In this document: piece by piece, positions 33,370-43,279 of the stretch
How the letters are laid out: each line of letters opens with the position of its first letter
Numbering within the stretch: position 1 is the first letter of the stretch
Assembly (NCBI GenBank): GCA_021202465.1
Contig: JAJQCZ010000033.1
Span: forward strand, 18,616-82,615
Direction of reading: 5' to 3'
DNA from: Lachnospiraceae bacterium
GTDB taxonomy: Bacteria; Bacillota; Clostridia; Lachnospirales; Lachnospiraceae
Length of the DNA stretch: 64,000 bases
Notes under the pieces: generated by a model
What the model was told of the DNA's origin: nothing
What the model saw: only the letters and a program-made list of their open reading frames with translations
Database searches by the model: none
Translations under genes and position numbers: made by a program

Positions 33370-34206
33370 TCACAGGACCAGCCTCATCTGCTCCAGGACG
33401 CGCTCATGGGAGGCGGCGCTGACGGCGACATAGATGCGCGTGGTCTCGATGCGGCTATGGCCCAGGACGTCCGCCAGGTGCGCGAGATTCCTCTCGACCG
33501 CGTAGAAGCAGCGGGCAAAAAGATGACGCAGATTGTGGGGGAATACCTTGTTTCGATCAACGCCCGCCGCCTCGCAGAGCCGTTTCATCTGATGACAGAT
33601 GTTGCTCCGGTCCATGGGGCGCCCGCTGCGGGTGCGGAAGATCACTCCGCCGTCGATGTCCCGGCCCCCGGCATAGTCCCGGAGGCGGCGGCGCAGATCT
33701 TTGGGAAGCAGGACGGTGCGGCTCTTTCCCTTCATGTGAATCTCCGCGCGCCCGGCTGCCACCGCCTCCACGGTGATGTATGGCAGCTCGCTGATGCGGA
33801 TGCCGGTGCTGCCCAGCGTCATCATCAGGAGACACAGCCGCTCATCTCCCTGCCTGCGCGCCGCCTCGAGAAGCCTCTTATACTCGGCTTCCGTCAGTTC
33901 CCGCTTCTCCTCGACGAAGGCGGCCCGCTGCACCTTCACGAAATGCACCCGCAGTCCCTCCAGGTCCCGGAACCGGAGGTAGGCGTTGACGGCGGACAGA
34001 ACACCGTTGACCGTCTGCGCCTTCCGCTGCTCCATGAGAGCATCCCGCCAGGCCAGGAGCCTCGGCTTCGTCAGCGGCTCCCCGCCCAGCCAGTCCGCCA
34101 GCCTCCGCAACGCCATGCCGTATTTCCGGATTGTAGCGCGCGCCTTCTCATTCAGTGCCAGTGCCTCCTCGAATTCCCGGATACGTTCCTCTGTAATGTA
34201 TTCCAT
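33370..34206 (-). CDS. Tyrosine site-specific recombinase (XerC/D-like, intact active site)
   Basis: TGIRISEL (Arg), HMKGKSR (Lys), HNLRHLFA (His-x-x-Arg) and LGHSRIETTRIY (His, Tyr) are all present. Confidence 0.88.
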   Translation of the reverse strand: MEYITEERIREFEEALALNEKARATIRKYGMALRRLADWLGGEPLTKPRLLAWRDALMEQRKAQTVNGVLSAVNAYLRFRDLEGLRVHFVKVQRAAFVEEKRELTEAEYKRLLEAARRQGDERLCLLMMTLGSTGIRISELPYITVEAVAAGRAEIHMKGKSRTVLLPKDLRRRLRDYAGGRDIDGGVIFRTRSGRPMDRSNICHQMKRLCEAAGVDRNKVFPHNLRHLFARCFYAVERNLAHLADVLGHSRIETTRIYVAVSAASHERVLEQMRLVL

Positions 34207-34221
34207 GCTCTTCCTCCCTCG

Positions 34222-34256
34222 GCCGAAGATCGCCGCTTCGGCACTTTTTTCTTTTT
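34222..34256 (+). terminator. Plus-strand intrinsic terminator just beyond the 5' end of the recombinase gene
   Basis: GCCGAAG-atcgccg-CTTCGGC followed by ACTTTTTTCTTTTT. There is no plus-strand ORF upstream, and it lies upstream of the ABC-F promoter. Confidence 0.6.
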
Positions 34257-34310
34257 ATCATAGCAAACCGTCTGTGCGGGAAGGAAGTGAGGATTATTTC
34301 CCGGATTTCT

Positions 34311-34339
34311 TTGACTTTTCCCGGGAACGATGCTATGAT
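34311..34339 (+). promoter_or_regulatory. Sigma-A-type promoter TTGACT-17-TATGAT for the ABC-F gene
   Basis: Read directly, about 48 nt upstream of the ATG at 34387. Confidence 0.6.
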
Positions 34340-34386
34340 GTGTGCGATTGTATGCCGCCCCGGCGGCCCAAGGAGGATTTCATTTC

Positions 34387-36018
34387 ATGATTACCGTCAG
34401 CAACGTGTCCCTGCGCTTCGGCAAGAGCGCGCTCTTTGAAGATGTCAATGTCAAGTTCGTTCCCGGCCACTGCTACGGCCTCATCGGCGCCAACGGAGCC
34501 GGGAAGTCCACCTTCCTGCGCATCCTGACCGGGGAACTGGAGCCCACCAGGGGAGAGGTGATCATCACACCCGGTGAGCGCCTGTCCTTCCTGAAGCAGG
34601 ATCATTTCCAGTATGAAGAGGAGACGGTTCTGGATACCGTCATGCTGGGGAATCCCCGCCTGATCGAGATCATGCGGGAGAAGGACGCCCTGTATGCCAA
34701 GACCGATTTCACCGAGGAAGACGGCATCCGCGCCAGCGAGCTGGAGGCGGAGTTCGCCGGGATGGATGGCTGGGAGGCGGAGTCCGACGCAGCCTCGCTG
34801 TTGAACGGTCTGGGCATCGAAACGGAGCTCCACTATAAATATATGAAGGAACTGAACGGAAGTGAGAAGGTGAAGGTGCTGCTGGCGCAGGCTCTCTTCG
34901 GGAATCCGGACATCCTGCTGCTCGACGAGCCGACCAACCATCTCGATCTGGCCGCCATCGCCTGGCTGGAGGAGTTCCTGATTAATTTTGAGAATACTGT
35001 CATCGTGGTCTCGCACGACCGCTATTTCCTCAACAAGGTCTGCACACAGATCGCGGACATAGACTATGGCAAGATTCAGCTCTACGCCGGCAACTATGAT
35101 TTCTGGTACGAGTCCAGCCAGCTGATGATCCGTCAGATGAAGGAAGCCAATAAGAAGAAGGAAGAGAAGATCAAGGAGCTGCAGGAATTCATCCAGCGGT
35201 TCTCCGCCAATGCTTCCAAGTCCAAGCAGGCCACATCACGGAAACGGGCTCTGGAGAAGATTCAGCTGGATGAGATCCGTCCCTCCAGCCGCAAATACCC
35301 CTACATTGATTTCCGGCCGGAGCGCTCCATCGGCAACGATGTGCTGGAGGTGAAGAACCTCTCCAAGACCGTGGACGGCATCAAGGTGCTGGACGACATT
35401 TCCTTCACGCTGACCCGCGAGGACAAGGTCGCCTTCGTCGGCTCGGACGAGCTGGCCAAGACCACTCTGTTCCAGATCCTGACTAGCGAGCTGGAGCCGG
35501 ACGAGGGCAGCTACAAATGGGGCGTTACCACCTCTCTGGCTTATTTCCCCAAAGACAATTCGGCGGAATTCCAGAGCGATTACACGATTACCGACTGGCT
35601 GACCGGCTACTCGGAGATCAAGGATGTCACCTACGTCCGCGGCTTCCTGGGGCGCATGCTCTTCGCCGGAGACGACGGCATGAAGCGGCTGAATGTTCTC
35701 TCCGGAGGCGAGCGGGTGCGCTGCATGTTCTCGAAGATGATGATCTCGGGCGCCAACTGCCTGATCTTCGACGAACCGACCAACCATCTGGATATGGAGT
35801 CGATCACAGCGCTGAACAACGGGCTGATCAAGTTCCCCGGCGTGCTGCTCTTCACCTCACGCGACCATCAGATCGTGGAGACTACGGCCAACCGCATCAT
35901 GGAGCTCATCGGCGGCAAGCTGATCGACAAGATCACCACCTACGACGAGTACCTGGTCAGCGACGAGATGGCCATGAAGCGGCAGGTTTATACAGCGGCT
36001 TCGGTGGAGGATAACTGA
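34387..36018 (+). CDS. ABC-F family ATPase (YbiT/Uup-like, two NBDs, no TM domain)
   Basis: Start MITVSNVSLRFG follows AAGGAGGA. There are two Walker A sites (GANGAGKST, and a degenerate second one), two LSGGE signatures and a basic linker (KKKEEKIKELQEFIQRF). Confidence 0.88.
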   Translation: MITVSNVSLRFGKSALFEDVNVKFVPGHCYGLIGANGAGKSTFLRILTGELEPTRGEVIITPGERLSFLKQDHFQYEEETVLDTVMLGNPRLIEIMREKDALYAKTDFTEEDGIRASELEAEFAGMDGWEAESDAASLLNGLGIETELHYKYMKELNGSEKVKVLLAQALFGNPDILLLDEPTNHLDLAAIAWLEEFLINFENTVIVVSHDRYFLNKVCTQIADIDYGKIQLYAGNYDFWYESSQLMIRQMKEANKKKEEKIKELQEFIQRFSANASKSKQATSRKRALEKIQLDEIRPSSRKYPYIDFRPERSIGNDVLEVKNLSKTVDGIKVLDDISFTLTREDKVAFVGSDELAKTTLFQILTSELEPDEGSYKWGVTTSLAYFPKDNSAEFQSDYTITDWLTGYSEIKDVTYVRGFLGRMLFAGDDGMKRLNVLSGGERVRCMFSKMMISGANCLIFDEPTNHLDMESITALNNGLIKFPGVLLFTSRDHQIVETTANRIMELIGGKLIDKITTYDEYLVSDEMAMKRQVYTAASVEDN

Positions 36019-36039
36019 TTTCTATCGTATTACTTTTGC

Positions 36040-36068
36040 TTGCTTTCAGAATACATCAGTGATATAAT
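36040..36068 (+). promoter_or_regulatory. Sigma-A-type promoter TTGCTT-17-TATAAT for dinJ-yoeB
   Basis: Read directly, about 33 nt upstream of the dinJ ATG. Confidence 0.6.
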
Positions 36069-36100
36069 CGTTGTCATAAAACACGAAAGGAGTTGTTATT

Positions 36101-36370
36101 ATGGCGCTGGCGACTTTAACCGCAAGAGTAGACGAGAATGACAAAGCAAATTTTGATGCCTTTTGCTCCCATGTTGGATTAAATACTTCTACCGCAATCA
36201 ATCTCTATGTGAAGGCTGTACTGCGCGAGAATCGCATCCCCTTTGAGATCACCCCGGCCTCGGATCCTTTTTTCTCCGAGAATAATATGGCTTATGTTAA
36301 GAAATCCGTCCGGGAATTAAAAACCGGAAGAGGCACCGTACATGAATTGATTGAGGATACAGATGAGTGA
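36101..36370 (+). CDS. dinJ: RelB/DinJ-family type II antitoxin
   Basis: MALATLTARVDENDKANFDAFCSHVGLNTSTAINLYVKAVLRENRIPFEI is a DinJ/RelB ribbon-helix-helix N-terminus. It overlaps the toxin gene. Confidence 0.85.
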   Translation: MALATLTARVDENDKANFDAFCSHVGLNTSTAINLYVKAVLRENRIPFEITPASDPFFSENNMAYVKKSVRELKTGRGTVHELIEDTDE

Positions 36371-36632
36371 AAAGATATGGTCAGATGACGCATGGGACGA
36401 TTATCTCTACTGGCAGATGCAGGACAAGAAAACACTCAAACGTATCAATCAGCTGATTAAAGATATTGAACGAAATGGCTGTGATCAGGGCATCGGAAAA
36501 CCTGAACCTCTGACTGGCGATTTGCGCGGCGAATACAGTCGCCGCATCAACGAAAAGGATCGGCTTGTTTATCATGTGGAAAATGGTCGCATCTACATTG
36601 CCCACTGCCGCGGTCACTATGATGATAAATAG
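36363..36632 (+). CDS. yoeB: YoeB/Txe-family type II toxin (mRNA interferase)
   Basis: MSEKIWSDDAWDDYLYWQMQDKKTLKRINQLIKDIERN...GKPEPL...YSRRINEKDRLVY...I..CRGHY, a canonical YoeB sequence. The internal ATG at 36363 overlaps the dinJ stop by 8 nt. Confidence 0.9.
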   Translation: MSEKIWSDDAWDDYLYWQMQDKKTLKRINQLIKDIERNGCDQGIGKPEPLTGDLRGEYSRRINEKDRLVYHVENGRIYIAHCRGHYDDK

Positions 36633-36638
36633 AAAAAT

Positions 36639-36685
36639 AGCTCTTGCTTCCTCAACAAACCGAAAGCAAGAGCTGTTTGTTGTTT
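36639..36685. terminator. Bidirectional terminator between yoeB and rpoD
   Basis: AGCTCTTGCTT ... AAGCAAGAGCT 11-bp stem followed by GTTTGTTGTTT. Confidence 0.7.
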
Positions 36686-36686
36686 C

Positions 36687-37814
36687 CTACAGGAAATCCC
36701 GGATCCGTTTGCTGCGCACGGGATTGCGCAGCTTCCGCAGGGCCTTGGCCTCGATCTGACGGATTCGCTCACGGGTGACATTGAATTCCTTGCCGACCTC
36801 CTCGAGGGTACGCGGATGTCCGTCCTCCAGGCCGAAGCGGAGGATGACCACCTGCTTCTCACGGTCCTTCAGGTCGTCCAGGAGAACGTCGATGTGCTCG
36901 CGGAGCATGACTGACTCCACGTTGCCCTCCGGCGTGACGGCGTTGCTGTCCGCCACGAAATCACCCAGGTTGGAGTCGTCCTCCTCGCCGATGGGTGTCT
37001 CCAGAGAAGCCGGTTCACGGGCGATCTGCATGATCTCCATGACCTTCTCCTCGGTCATATCCAGCGCCTGCGCCAGCTCCGCCGTCGAGGGCTCATAGCC
37101 CAGCTCCAGCGTCAGCTTCCGCTGCATCTTAGACATCTTGTTAATGGTCTCCACCATATGCACCGGCACCCGGATCGTCCGGGCCTGATCGGCCAACGCC
37201 CGTGTCACCGACTGACGGATCCACCAGGTGGCATATGTACTCAGCTTATATCCCTTGGTATAATCGAACTTCTCTACGCCCTTGATCAGACCCAGGTTGC
37301 CCTCCTGCACCAGATCGAGGAAGCTCATGCCCCGTCCGGTGTAGCGCTTGGCGATGCTGACCACCAGACGCAGGTTCGCCTCGATGAGCCGCTCCTTGGC
37401 CCGCTCGTCGCCCTCGGACTTCCGCCGGGCCAGTTCCAGCTCCTCCTCGGCCGTCAGAAGAGGCACCGTACCGATCTCTTTCAAATACATACGGACCGGA
37501 TCCTCCGTGCCAATGCCGTCCAGCAGGTCGATGGCATCGAGGTCGATCTCCTCTTCCTCCTCTTCATTCATGGAGAAATTGTCATCGTCGTCCTCCAGAA
37601 CCATCTCCTCAACGGCGGTGGGCTCATCGGTCATCACCCGCAGTACATCAATATTCTTGCTCTCCAGGTAACTATAGACGCTCTCCATCTGCTCCGCATC
37701 CAGCTTCACACCCTTGAAGAAGTCGTTGATATCATTGATGTCCAACGCATTATGCTTGGATTTGCCCAACTCCACCAGCTTGTCCAACTGCTTCAAAAAA
37801 TTGTCTTTCTCCAC
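36687..37814 (-). CDS. rpoD: RNA polymerase primary sigma factor
   Basis: Regions 1.2-4.2 are present. [15 protein letters not shown] and [20 protein letters not shown] are signature sequences. Confidence 0.95.
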   Translation of the reverse strand: MEKDNFLKQLDKLVELGKSKHNALDINDINDFFKGVKLDAEQMESVYSYLESKNIDVLRVMTDEPTAVEEMVLEDDDDNFSMNEEEEEEIDLDAIDLLDGIGTEDPVRMYLKEIGTVPLLTAEEELELARRKSEGDERAKERLIEANLRLVVSIAKRYTGRGMSFLDLVQEGNLGLIKGVEKFDYTKGYKLSTYATWWIRQSVTRALADQARTIRVPVHMVETINKMSKMQRKLTLELGYEPSTAELAQALDMTEEKVMEIMQIAREPASLETPIGEEDDSNLGDFVADSNAVTPEGNVESVMLREHIDVLLDDLKDREKQVVILRFGLEDGHPRTLEEVGKEFNVTRERIRQIEAKALRKLRNPVRSKRIRDFL

Positions 37815-37916
37815 TGCGCGCCTCTCTCCCCATATTAAAAATCGTATCTTAAAAAGACATTATAGCCTTTTTTCTCCAAATGTAAACATGGAAAATCCCT
37901 TTTTCACGGGATTTTT

Positions 37917-38888
37917 TCATATTTTCTCCAATATTTCCGCACTCTCCGCACGCTTCGGCGCGCCATCCGACCGTTTTCCGGCCGCCGCGCCGCGCCCCGG
38001 CTTCCGCAGGATGCGAAGGGGACCGCAGAGCACTTCCACCTCCACCTCCGTGAAGGAACCGGCAAATTCGCCGTCCTTCACCCAGTCGATGGGCTCCTCG
38101 CTGAAGAAATGCAGATGGTTCGCCTTGCGGCGGATCACCAGGTTCGAGCGGACATCCGGCGAGAGCAGCGCCGTCACGGCCTCGCCCCAGCCAACGATGT
38201 CTGTCGGCATGCGGATCAGCGTCACTTCGAAGAGCCCGTCGTCCATCCTGATATCCTTCCCCCAGATGCCGGACATCCCGGCCACCCGGTTGGAATTACT
38301 GACAAAGCCGCAGAGAAAATCCGAGTCGATGATCTCATCGCCAATCTCCGCGCAGACATGGCAGGGCTTCAGGTCCATGAGTTCTCTGGCCGCCTCCATG
38401 ATGTAGGCCGTGTGGCCCAGCTGCCGTTTCAGCGCCTGAGACGTCGCATAGGAGACCTCCGTGAAGGCTCCGAAGCCGACCAGATAACAGAAATACGCGT
38501 CGTTGACTCTCCCGATATCGATCGGGAACAACTCCTCGCCCACCGCTACCTGTGCCGCATCCAGGATGCGTGCCGGCAGCTTCAGACTGTGCGCGAAATC
38601 ATTGGTGGTTCCCGCGGAGATATAGCCCAGCTCCGGGCGTTTCTCCGGCGGAAGTGCCATCAGACCGTTGACGGTCTCATCCAGCGTGCCGTCGCCGCCG
38701 CTGCAGATCACGCGGTCCACATGGGCGCCGCGCCGTCTGGCGACCTTCGCGGCGTCCCCGGCCTCCTGGGTGATGTACACCTCTACCCGATAACCGGCTT
38801 TCACACAGAGATCCAGCACATCCGCCAGCCGGTTTTTGATCTGTCCCTTCCCGGCATGCAGATTGGCAATCACCAGCAATCTTTTCAT
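37917..38888 (-). CDS. Diacylglycerol/lipid kinase family protein (YegS/DagK)
   Basis: N-terminal LLVIANLHAGKG and the ICSGGDGTLDETVNG motif. Confidence 0.85.
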   Translation of the reverse strand: MKRLLVIANLHAGKGQIKNRLADVLDLCVKAGYRVEVYITQEAGDAAKVARRRGAHVDRVICSGGDGTLDETVNGLMALPPEKRPELGYISAGTTNDFAHSLKLPARILDAAQVAVGEELFPIDIGRVNDAYFCYLVGFGAFTEVSYATSQALKRQLGHTAYIMEAARELMDLKPCHVCAEIGDEIIDSDFLCGFVSNSNRVAGMSGIWGKDIRMDDGLFEVTLIRMPTDIVGWGEAVTALLSPDVRSNLVIRRKANHLHFFSEEPIDWVKDGEFAGSFTEVEVEVLCGPLRILRKPGRGAAAGKRSDGAPKRAESAEILEKI

Positions 38889-38958
38889 ATACTACCCTCC
38901 TGTAAGAAGTTCCCTCGAAATGCCCCAACATGTTCTCCGGTTTTCCCGGGACATATCC

Positions 38959-40035
38959 TTATTGTATATGTGCTGCGTAAGCGCGAAATGCGGCAGGAAG
39001 CGGATAGTCCCTGCGAATCGTTTCCGCGTCTTCGAAGAACCACGCCCCCGGTATCTCACGATCCAGAACGATCCGCCATCCTGTCATATGCCATTCAATA
39101 TGTGAAAATATATGCCGTGCCTCCGGCAGCTCTGTCAGTTCGCCGTCCCCCGGGCCTTCCGCCATCCAGACTTCCATGTCCGCCCGGCTGCATTTCCCGG
39201 AAAGCCAGGGCAGCTCATGCATCCCGGCCAGCAGCCCCTCCTGCGCGCGCCGGCGGATAGCGTAACGGTTCCGGCAGGAAATGACAAGAACCGTCTTTTT
39301 TTCCACAGCCCGGGCCTTTTTCACAGGCCGCACCGGATAGGCCTCCGGATTCCCCTGCGCCCGCGCAAGACAGATCGCAGCCAGCGGACAGGACGCACAC
39401 AGCGGCCGACCACCGGGGATGCACACGGTCTCCCCCAGCTCCATGAGCGCCTGGTTGAAGGCGCCCGCCTGTCCCGGCGGCAGCACCGCCCGGATCCGCT
39501 CCTCCGTACGCCGCCGCACCGGCGCCCGGGAGATATCGGAATCGTCCGCCAGATACCGCATCATCACCCGGAAGACATTTCCGTCGACGGCCGGCACAGC
39601 AAGCCCCAGGGCAATGGAGCCGATGGCGCCCGCTGTATAGGGACCGATGCCCGGCAGAGCCCGTAGCTCCTCATAGGTCCGGGGCAAGTCTCCGCCATAC
39701 TCATCCCGGCAGACCCGGGCGGCCCGCATCAGATTCCGGGCCCGGCTGTAGTACCCCAGACCCTCCCAGAGCTTCAGGACGCGGGTCTCCTCCGCATCCG
39801 CCAGAGCATTTACATCCGGAAAAGCCGCCAGGAAACGCTCATAGTATCCGCGGACCACCTCGATGCGCGTCTGCTGCAGCATGATCTCGGAGATCCACAC
39901 CCGGTAGGGCGAAGGTGAAACACGCCAGGGTAGCTCCCGCCGCACCGACGCATACCAGGAAAGGAGAGGCTCCGGCATCGCTGCCATCCGCTGACTGATC
40001 TCCGTCTCCGCTGTATCATGGTTTTTCTCTTCCAT
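38959..40035 (-). CDS. mutY: A/G-specific adenine DNA glycosylase
   Basis: LPWR, VWISEIMLQQTR and LGYYSRARNL (HhH-GPD), an Fe-S Cys cluster (C-x8-C-x2-C-x5-C) and a NUDIX-like C-terminus. The preferred start is MEEKNH at 40035 (GGAGG RBS). The track ORF extends to 40083. Confidence 0.88.
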   Translation of the reverse strand: MEEKNHDTAETEISQRMAAMPEPLLSWYASVRRELPWRVSPSPYRVWISEIMLQQTRIEVVRGYYERFLAAFPDVNALADAEETRVLKLWEGLGYYSRARNLMRAARVCRDEYGGDLPRTYEELRALPGIGPYTAGAIGSIALGLAVPAVDGNVFRVMMRYLADDSDISRAPVRRRTEERIRAVLPPGQAGAFNQALMELGETVCIPGGRPLCASCPLAAICLARAQGNPEAYPVRPVKKARAVEKKTVLVISCRNRYAIRRRAQEGLLAGMHELPWLSGKCSRADMEVWMAEGPGDGELTELPEARHIFSHIEWHMTGWRIVLDREIPGAWFFEDAETIRRDYPLPAAFRAYAAHIQ

Positions 40036-40143
40036 CAGAGCCTCCGTCCATCGCTTTTCATACAATGATACCACATACGTCAAACACTATCCAATGACGA
40101 AAAAAACGCCCGCCGGTTTCCCGGCAGGCGCCCCGTCCATATT

Positions 40144-41772
40144 TTATACCAGATGCACTTTCCGCGCGATGCGCAGCAGTGTCGCCCCTTTGGGGATCTT
40201 CCGCAGTTCATCCTCTCCGACCGCACCGGTCCTCAGAATCATTACAAAATATACGATCACAGCCAGCACAATGGCAATCGCCACAGAGATCACACTGCTG
40301 CACAGCGCATAGCAGGCCTCATAGCTGCCCCAGGCCACCGCGCCCATGACCGCCGCCGACAGGATCGGCAGAAGGAAGGTATGCATGTATTCCTGACGGT
40401 AGGTCAGGCTCTTGCGCACCGACCACTGGTTGAGGAGGCACATGGTGAAGGAGTACACGATGGCCGCGAAGACGATACAGTACTGGTTCCAGTCTGTAAA
40501 GAGCAGAAGGGGAACCAGGACGACGGTCTGCGCCACCAGCGCGAGGGCCGCGTGGATGACGGGCCGGTTGACCTGCCCGATGCCCTGGAGCACCGCGTTC
40601 GTCAGCGTGGAAAGGGAGTAGAATACCACGGTGATGCTGGAAGCGCGCAGCAGCGACGCCGCCGTATCCAGCGACTCCGGCTGGGGAAAGAGCAGCGCGG
40701 TAATGGGGCGCGCCAGCACAGCCAGCCCCACGGCAGCCGGAATGGCAATCAGCATGGTCGTCTGTACCGCCGTCGCCACCTCCTCGCGGGTTCCCTGCAC
40801 GTCCTTCGTGGCGTAGGTCCCCGAAATAGAGGGAATCATCGCCGCCGACATCGCCGAAGCGATGGCGATCGGAATGTTGACAATGACCACGGCCTTCCCG
40901 GAGTAGATGCCGTACATGGTCGCCGCCTCCGAGGAGGTGTAGTTCTTCACCAGAAGCATGATTCTCACGTAAATGGTCTGATTCAGAGAGGTGCTCAGGT
41001 TGTAAATGAAGGTGCTGAGGATGAAGGGCGTTACCATCATCACGATGAGCTTAAGCCCCTCTCCGGTGGAGAGCACATGCGTTTCCTGGTCTCCGTTCAC
41101 CTTCCGCAGGATCTGTTTGCGGTTCATCATATACATGCCGTACATGAACAGCAGCGCGATCAGAACACCCGCGCCGGTACCCATGGCGCTTCCCGTGGCG
41201 CCGCGGATGGCTTTCGTCGTGGAATCCGCCCCGGCCGCTGCCGTCTGAATCAGGAGCCAGGCGGCAAAGACGCTGACCACCGCATTGATGATCTGTTCCA
41301 GAATCTGCGAAAGCGAGGTCTGTATCATGGTCTGATGCGCCTGAAAATAGCCCCGCAGCACCCCCAGCAGCCCGGAGAGGAAAATCGTCGGGACAAAGAC
41401 CCTCAGCACGCTGACCGTGTTCGCATCCACCAGCACCCCGGCAAAAGCGAAGGTAAACAGACTGGCCGCGCCGCCCACGATCACCACATAGATCAGCGCA
41501 CACTGAAAAATCCGGTGCGCATTCTTATATTCCCGGAGAGCCAGCCTCTGGGCGATGACTTTGGAAACAGCGGAAGGGATGCTGTAGGAGGCCAGCAGCA
41601 GGATGATCGTGTAAATATTGTAGGCCATGCTGTAGTAGCCATTTCCCTCATCTCCGATGATGCTGGTCAGAGGCTTCCGGTACAGGATGCCGATGATGCG
41701 GACGAGGATCCCGGCGATGGCCAGGATGCTTCCCTGCATGATAAAGCCGTTCCGCTTATTTTCTTGATTCAT
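40144..41772 (-). CDS. MOP-superfamily flippase (SpoVB/MurJ-like polysaccharide biosynthesis protein)
   Basis: 542-aa protein with about 14 TM helices, of SpoVB-like size and N-terminus (GSILAIAGILVRIIGILYRKPL). Confidence 0.75.
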   Translation of the reverse strand: MNQENKRNGFIMQGSILAIAGILVRIIGILYRKPLTSIIGDEGNGYYSMAYNIYTIILLLASYSIPSAVSKVIAQRLALREYKNAHRIFQCALIYVVIVGGAASLFTFAFAGVLVDANTVSVLRVFVPTIFLSGLLGVLRGYFQAHQTMIQTSLSQILEQIINAVVSVFAAWLLIQTAAAGADSTTKAIRGATGSAMGTGAGVLIALLFMYGMYMMNRKQILRKVNGDQETHVLSTGEGLKLIVMMVTPFILSTFIYNLSTSLNQTIYVRIMLLVKNYTSSEAATMYGIYSGKAVVIVNIPIAIASAMSAAMIPSISGTYATKDVQGTREEVATAVQTTMLIAIPAAVGLAVLARPITALLFPQPESLDTAASLLRASSITVVFYSLSTLTNAVLQGIGQVNRPVIHAALALVAQTVVLVPLLLFTDWNQYCIVFAAIVYSFTMCLLNQWSVRKSLTYRQEYMHTFLLPILSAAVMGAVAWGSYEACYALCSSVISVAIAIVLAVIVYFVMILRTGAVGEDELRKIPKGATLLRIARKVHLV

Positions 41773-41798
41773 GACGATTCAGGTCCTCCTCATTGGTT

Positions 41799-43052
41799 TC
41801 AGATTGGTTCCTCCTCAAAAGGGCGGATAAAGAGCCCATTACAGAGCTTCGGCTCAAACCAGGTGGATTTGGGCGGCATCGTCGCCCCCGCATCCGCCAC
41901 CGCTAGCAGCTCTTCCATGGAGGTAGGATGCAGCAGGAAACCGACGCGGTCCCGCTTCTGACATTTCTCCTCCACCGCCTGAGGCTGCTTCAGACCCCCG
42001 ATAAATTCCAGACGGCTGTCGTTTCTCACATTTCCAATCCCCAGAATCGGCCGCAGGATACGGTTTCCCAGCACCGCCACATCCAGGCTGTCGGGGACCT
42101 CCTGCGGACGCAGCTCCTCCCGCAGGATCAGACGCCGCCACCGGCCGGCCAGATACATGCCGAACTGGCCCCGGCGCTCCGGAACCGCATCCCGGCGGCC
42201 CGCACACTCCTCGATCTGAAAGGAATTCGCCACCTGTTCCAGAAATTTTGCCTCGGTGCGGCCATTTAACCCTTCCACCATGCGGCTGTAAGGGAGAATC
42301 TGCAGCTGATCATCAGGAAAACAGACGCAGGTAAACCAGTTCCAGGGCTCCTCCCCCGTAAAATCCGGCTTCGCTTCCCGTCTCCTGCGGCAGATCTCCG
42401 CCGCCGCCATCACCCGGTGATGTCCGTCGGAAATGTACAGTGACGGCACGCGGCCCATGGCCTCCTGCACCCATGCCGTCTCCGCCGGGTCCTCAATCTT
42501 CCAGATCGTGTTCTGTATGCCGTTTTCTGAAAGAAAATCATAGAGAGGCGGACGCTTCGCCACGGACTCCATCCATTCTGTCAGTTCCCGCCGTCTCCGG
42601 TAGGCCATGAGAATCGGCCCGCCGATCTGCGCCCGGCAGATCTCCATGTGGTGCGCCAGATCCTGCAGCTTGCTGTCGCGCACCTTCTCATGCGCGCGAA
42701 TCCTGCGGTTGAACAGGTCGTCCACCGACGTGCAGCCCACCAGTCCCGTCTGCACATGGCCGCCGCTCTCCAGCCGGTAGAGATAGAAGGCTTTCTCCCG
42801 GTCTCTCACCATAATATTCTTTTCCACCCACTCCGTCAGCGTCTCCGCCGCCATCCGGTAGGCTTTGTCCACATCCCCGCGACCGCGTCCCATGAGAAGC
42901 CGCGGATGCACGATTCTCGAATAACTCAGCGGGTTGTCCTCCATCTTTTTCCGAATCTCATCCTGGCTCATCGCGCTGTGCGGCCCCGAAGCAATCCTCG
43001 CAGCCAGCTCCGGCTGCGGCCGGATACAGGAAAACGGTCTCAGTACAGCCAT
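41799..43052 (-). CDS. DUF1015 domain-containing protein
   Basis: From internal Met 40 (MAVLRPFSCIRP...), a typical DUF1015 N-terminus. It also has ISDGHHR and F.PK motifs. Confidence 0.75.
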   Translation of the reverse strand: MAVLRPFSCIRPQPELAARIASGPHSAMSQDEIRKKMEDNPLSYSRIVHPRLLMGRGRGDVDKAYRMAAETLTEWVEKNIMVRDREKAFYLYRLESGGHVQTGLVGCTSVDDLFNRRIRAHEKVRDSKLQDLAHHMEICRAQIGGPILMAYRRRRELTEWMESVAKRPPLYDFLSENGIQNTIWKIEDPAETAWVQEAMGRVPSLYISDGHHRVMAAAEICRRRREAKPDFTGEEPWNWFTCVCFPDDQLQILPYSRMVEGLNGRTEAKFLEQVANSFQIEECAGRRDAVPERRGQFGMYLAGRWRRLILREELRPQEVPDSLDVAVLGNRILRPILGIGNVRNDSRLEFIGGLKQPQAVEEKCQKRDRVGFLLHPTSMEELLAVADAGATMPPKSTWFEPKLCNGLFIRPFEEEPI

Positions 43053-43279
43053 CCCGGAAACTCCCCTCTCATCTCTTTTTTCCGTAGAACTCTGAATAAT
43101 CTTCATACAGTACCCTGTGTAAGCGTTCCATTCCTGACTTTGGGTCCCTTGTGTCATATTGTACCACATTGATACAGAATTTCTACTTAAAATTTACATT
43201 CGGCGGTTTTCCCGCACCATTTTGATTTTGGTTCATATCGTATGATAAAAGGTTCTTTTCCGAAAGGAGTTCTCATAGA

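Noticed and set aside
11716-34260. Integrative-element boundaries (att direct repeats, tRNA target) for the accessory block
   Set aside because: No tRNA gene and no convincing direct repeats were seen at the edges. The recombinase genes are better explained by the local inversion switch than by island integration.
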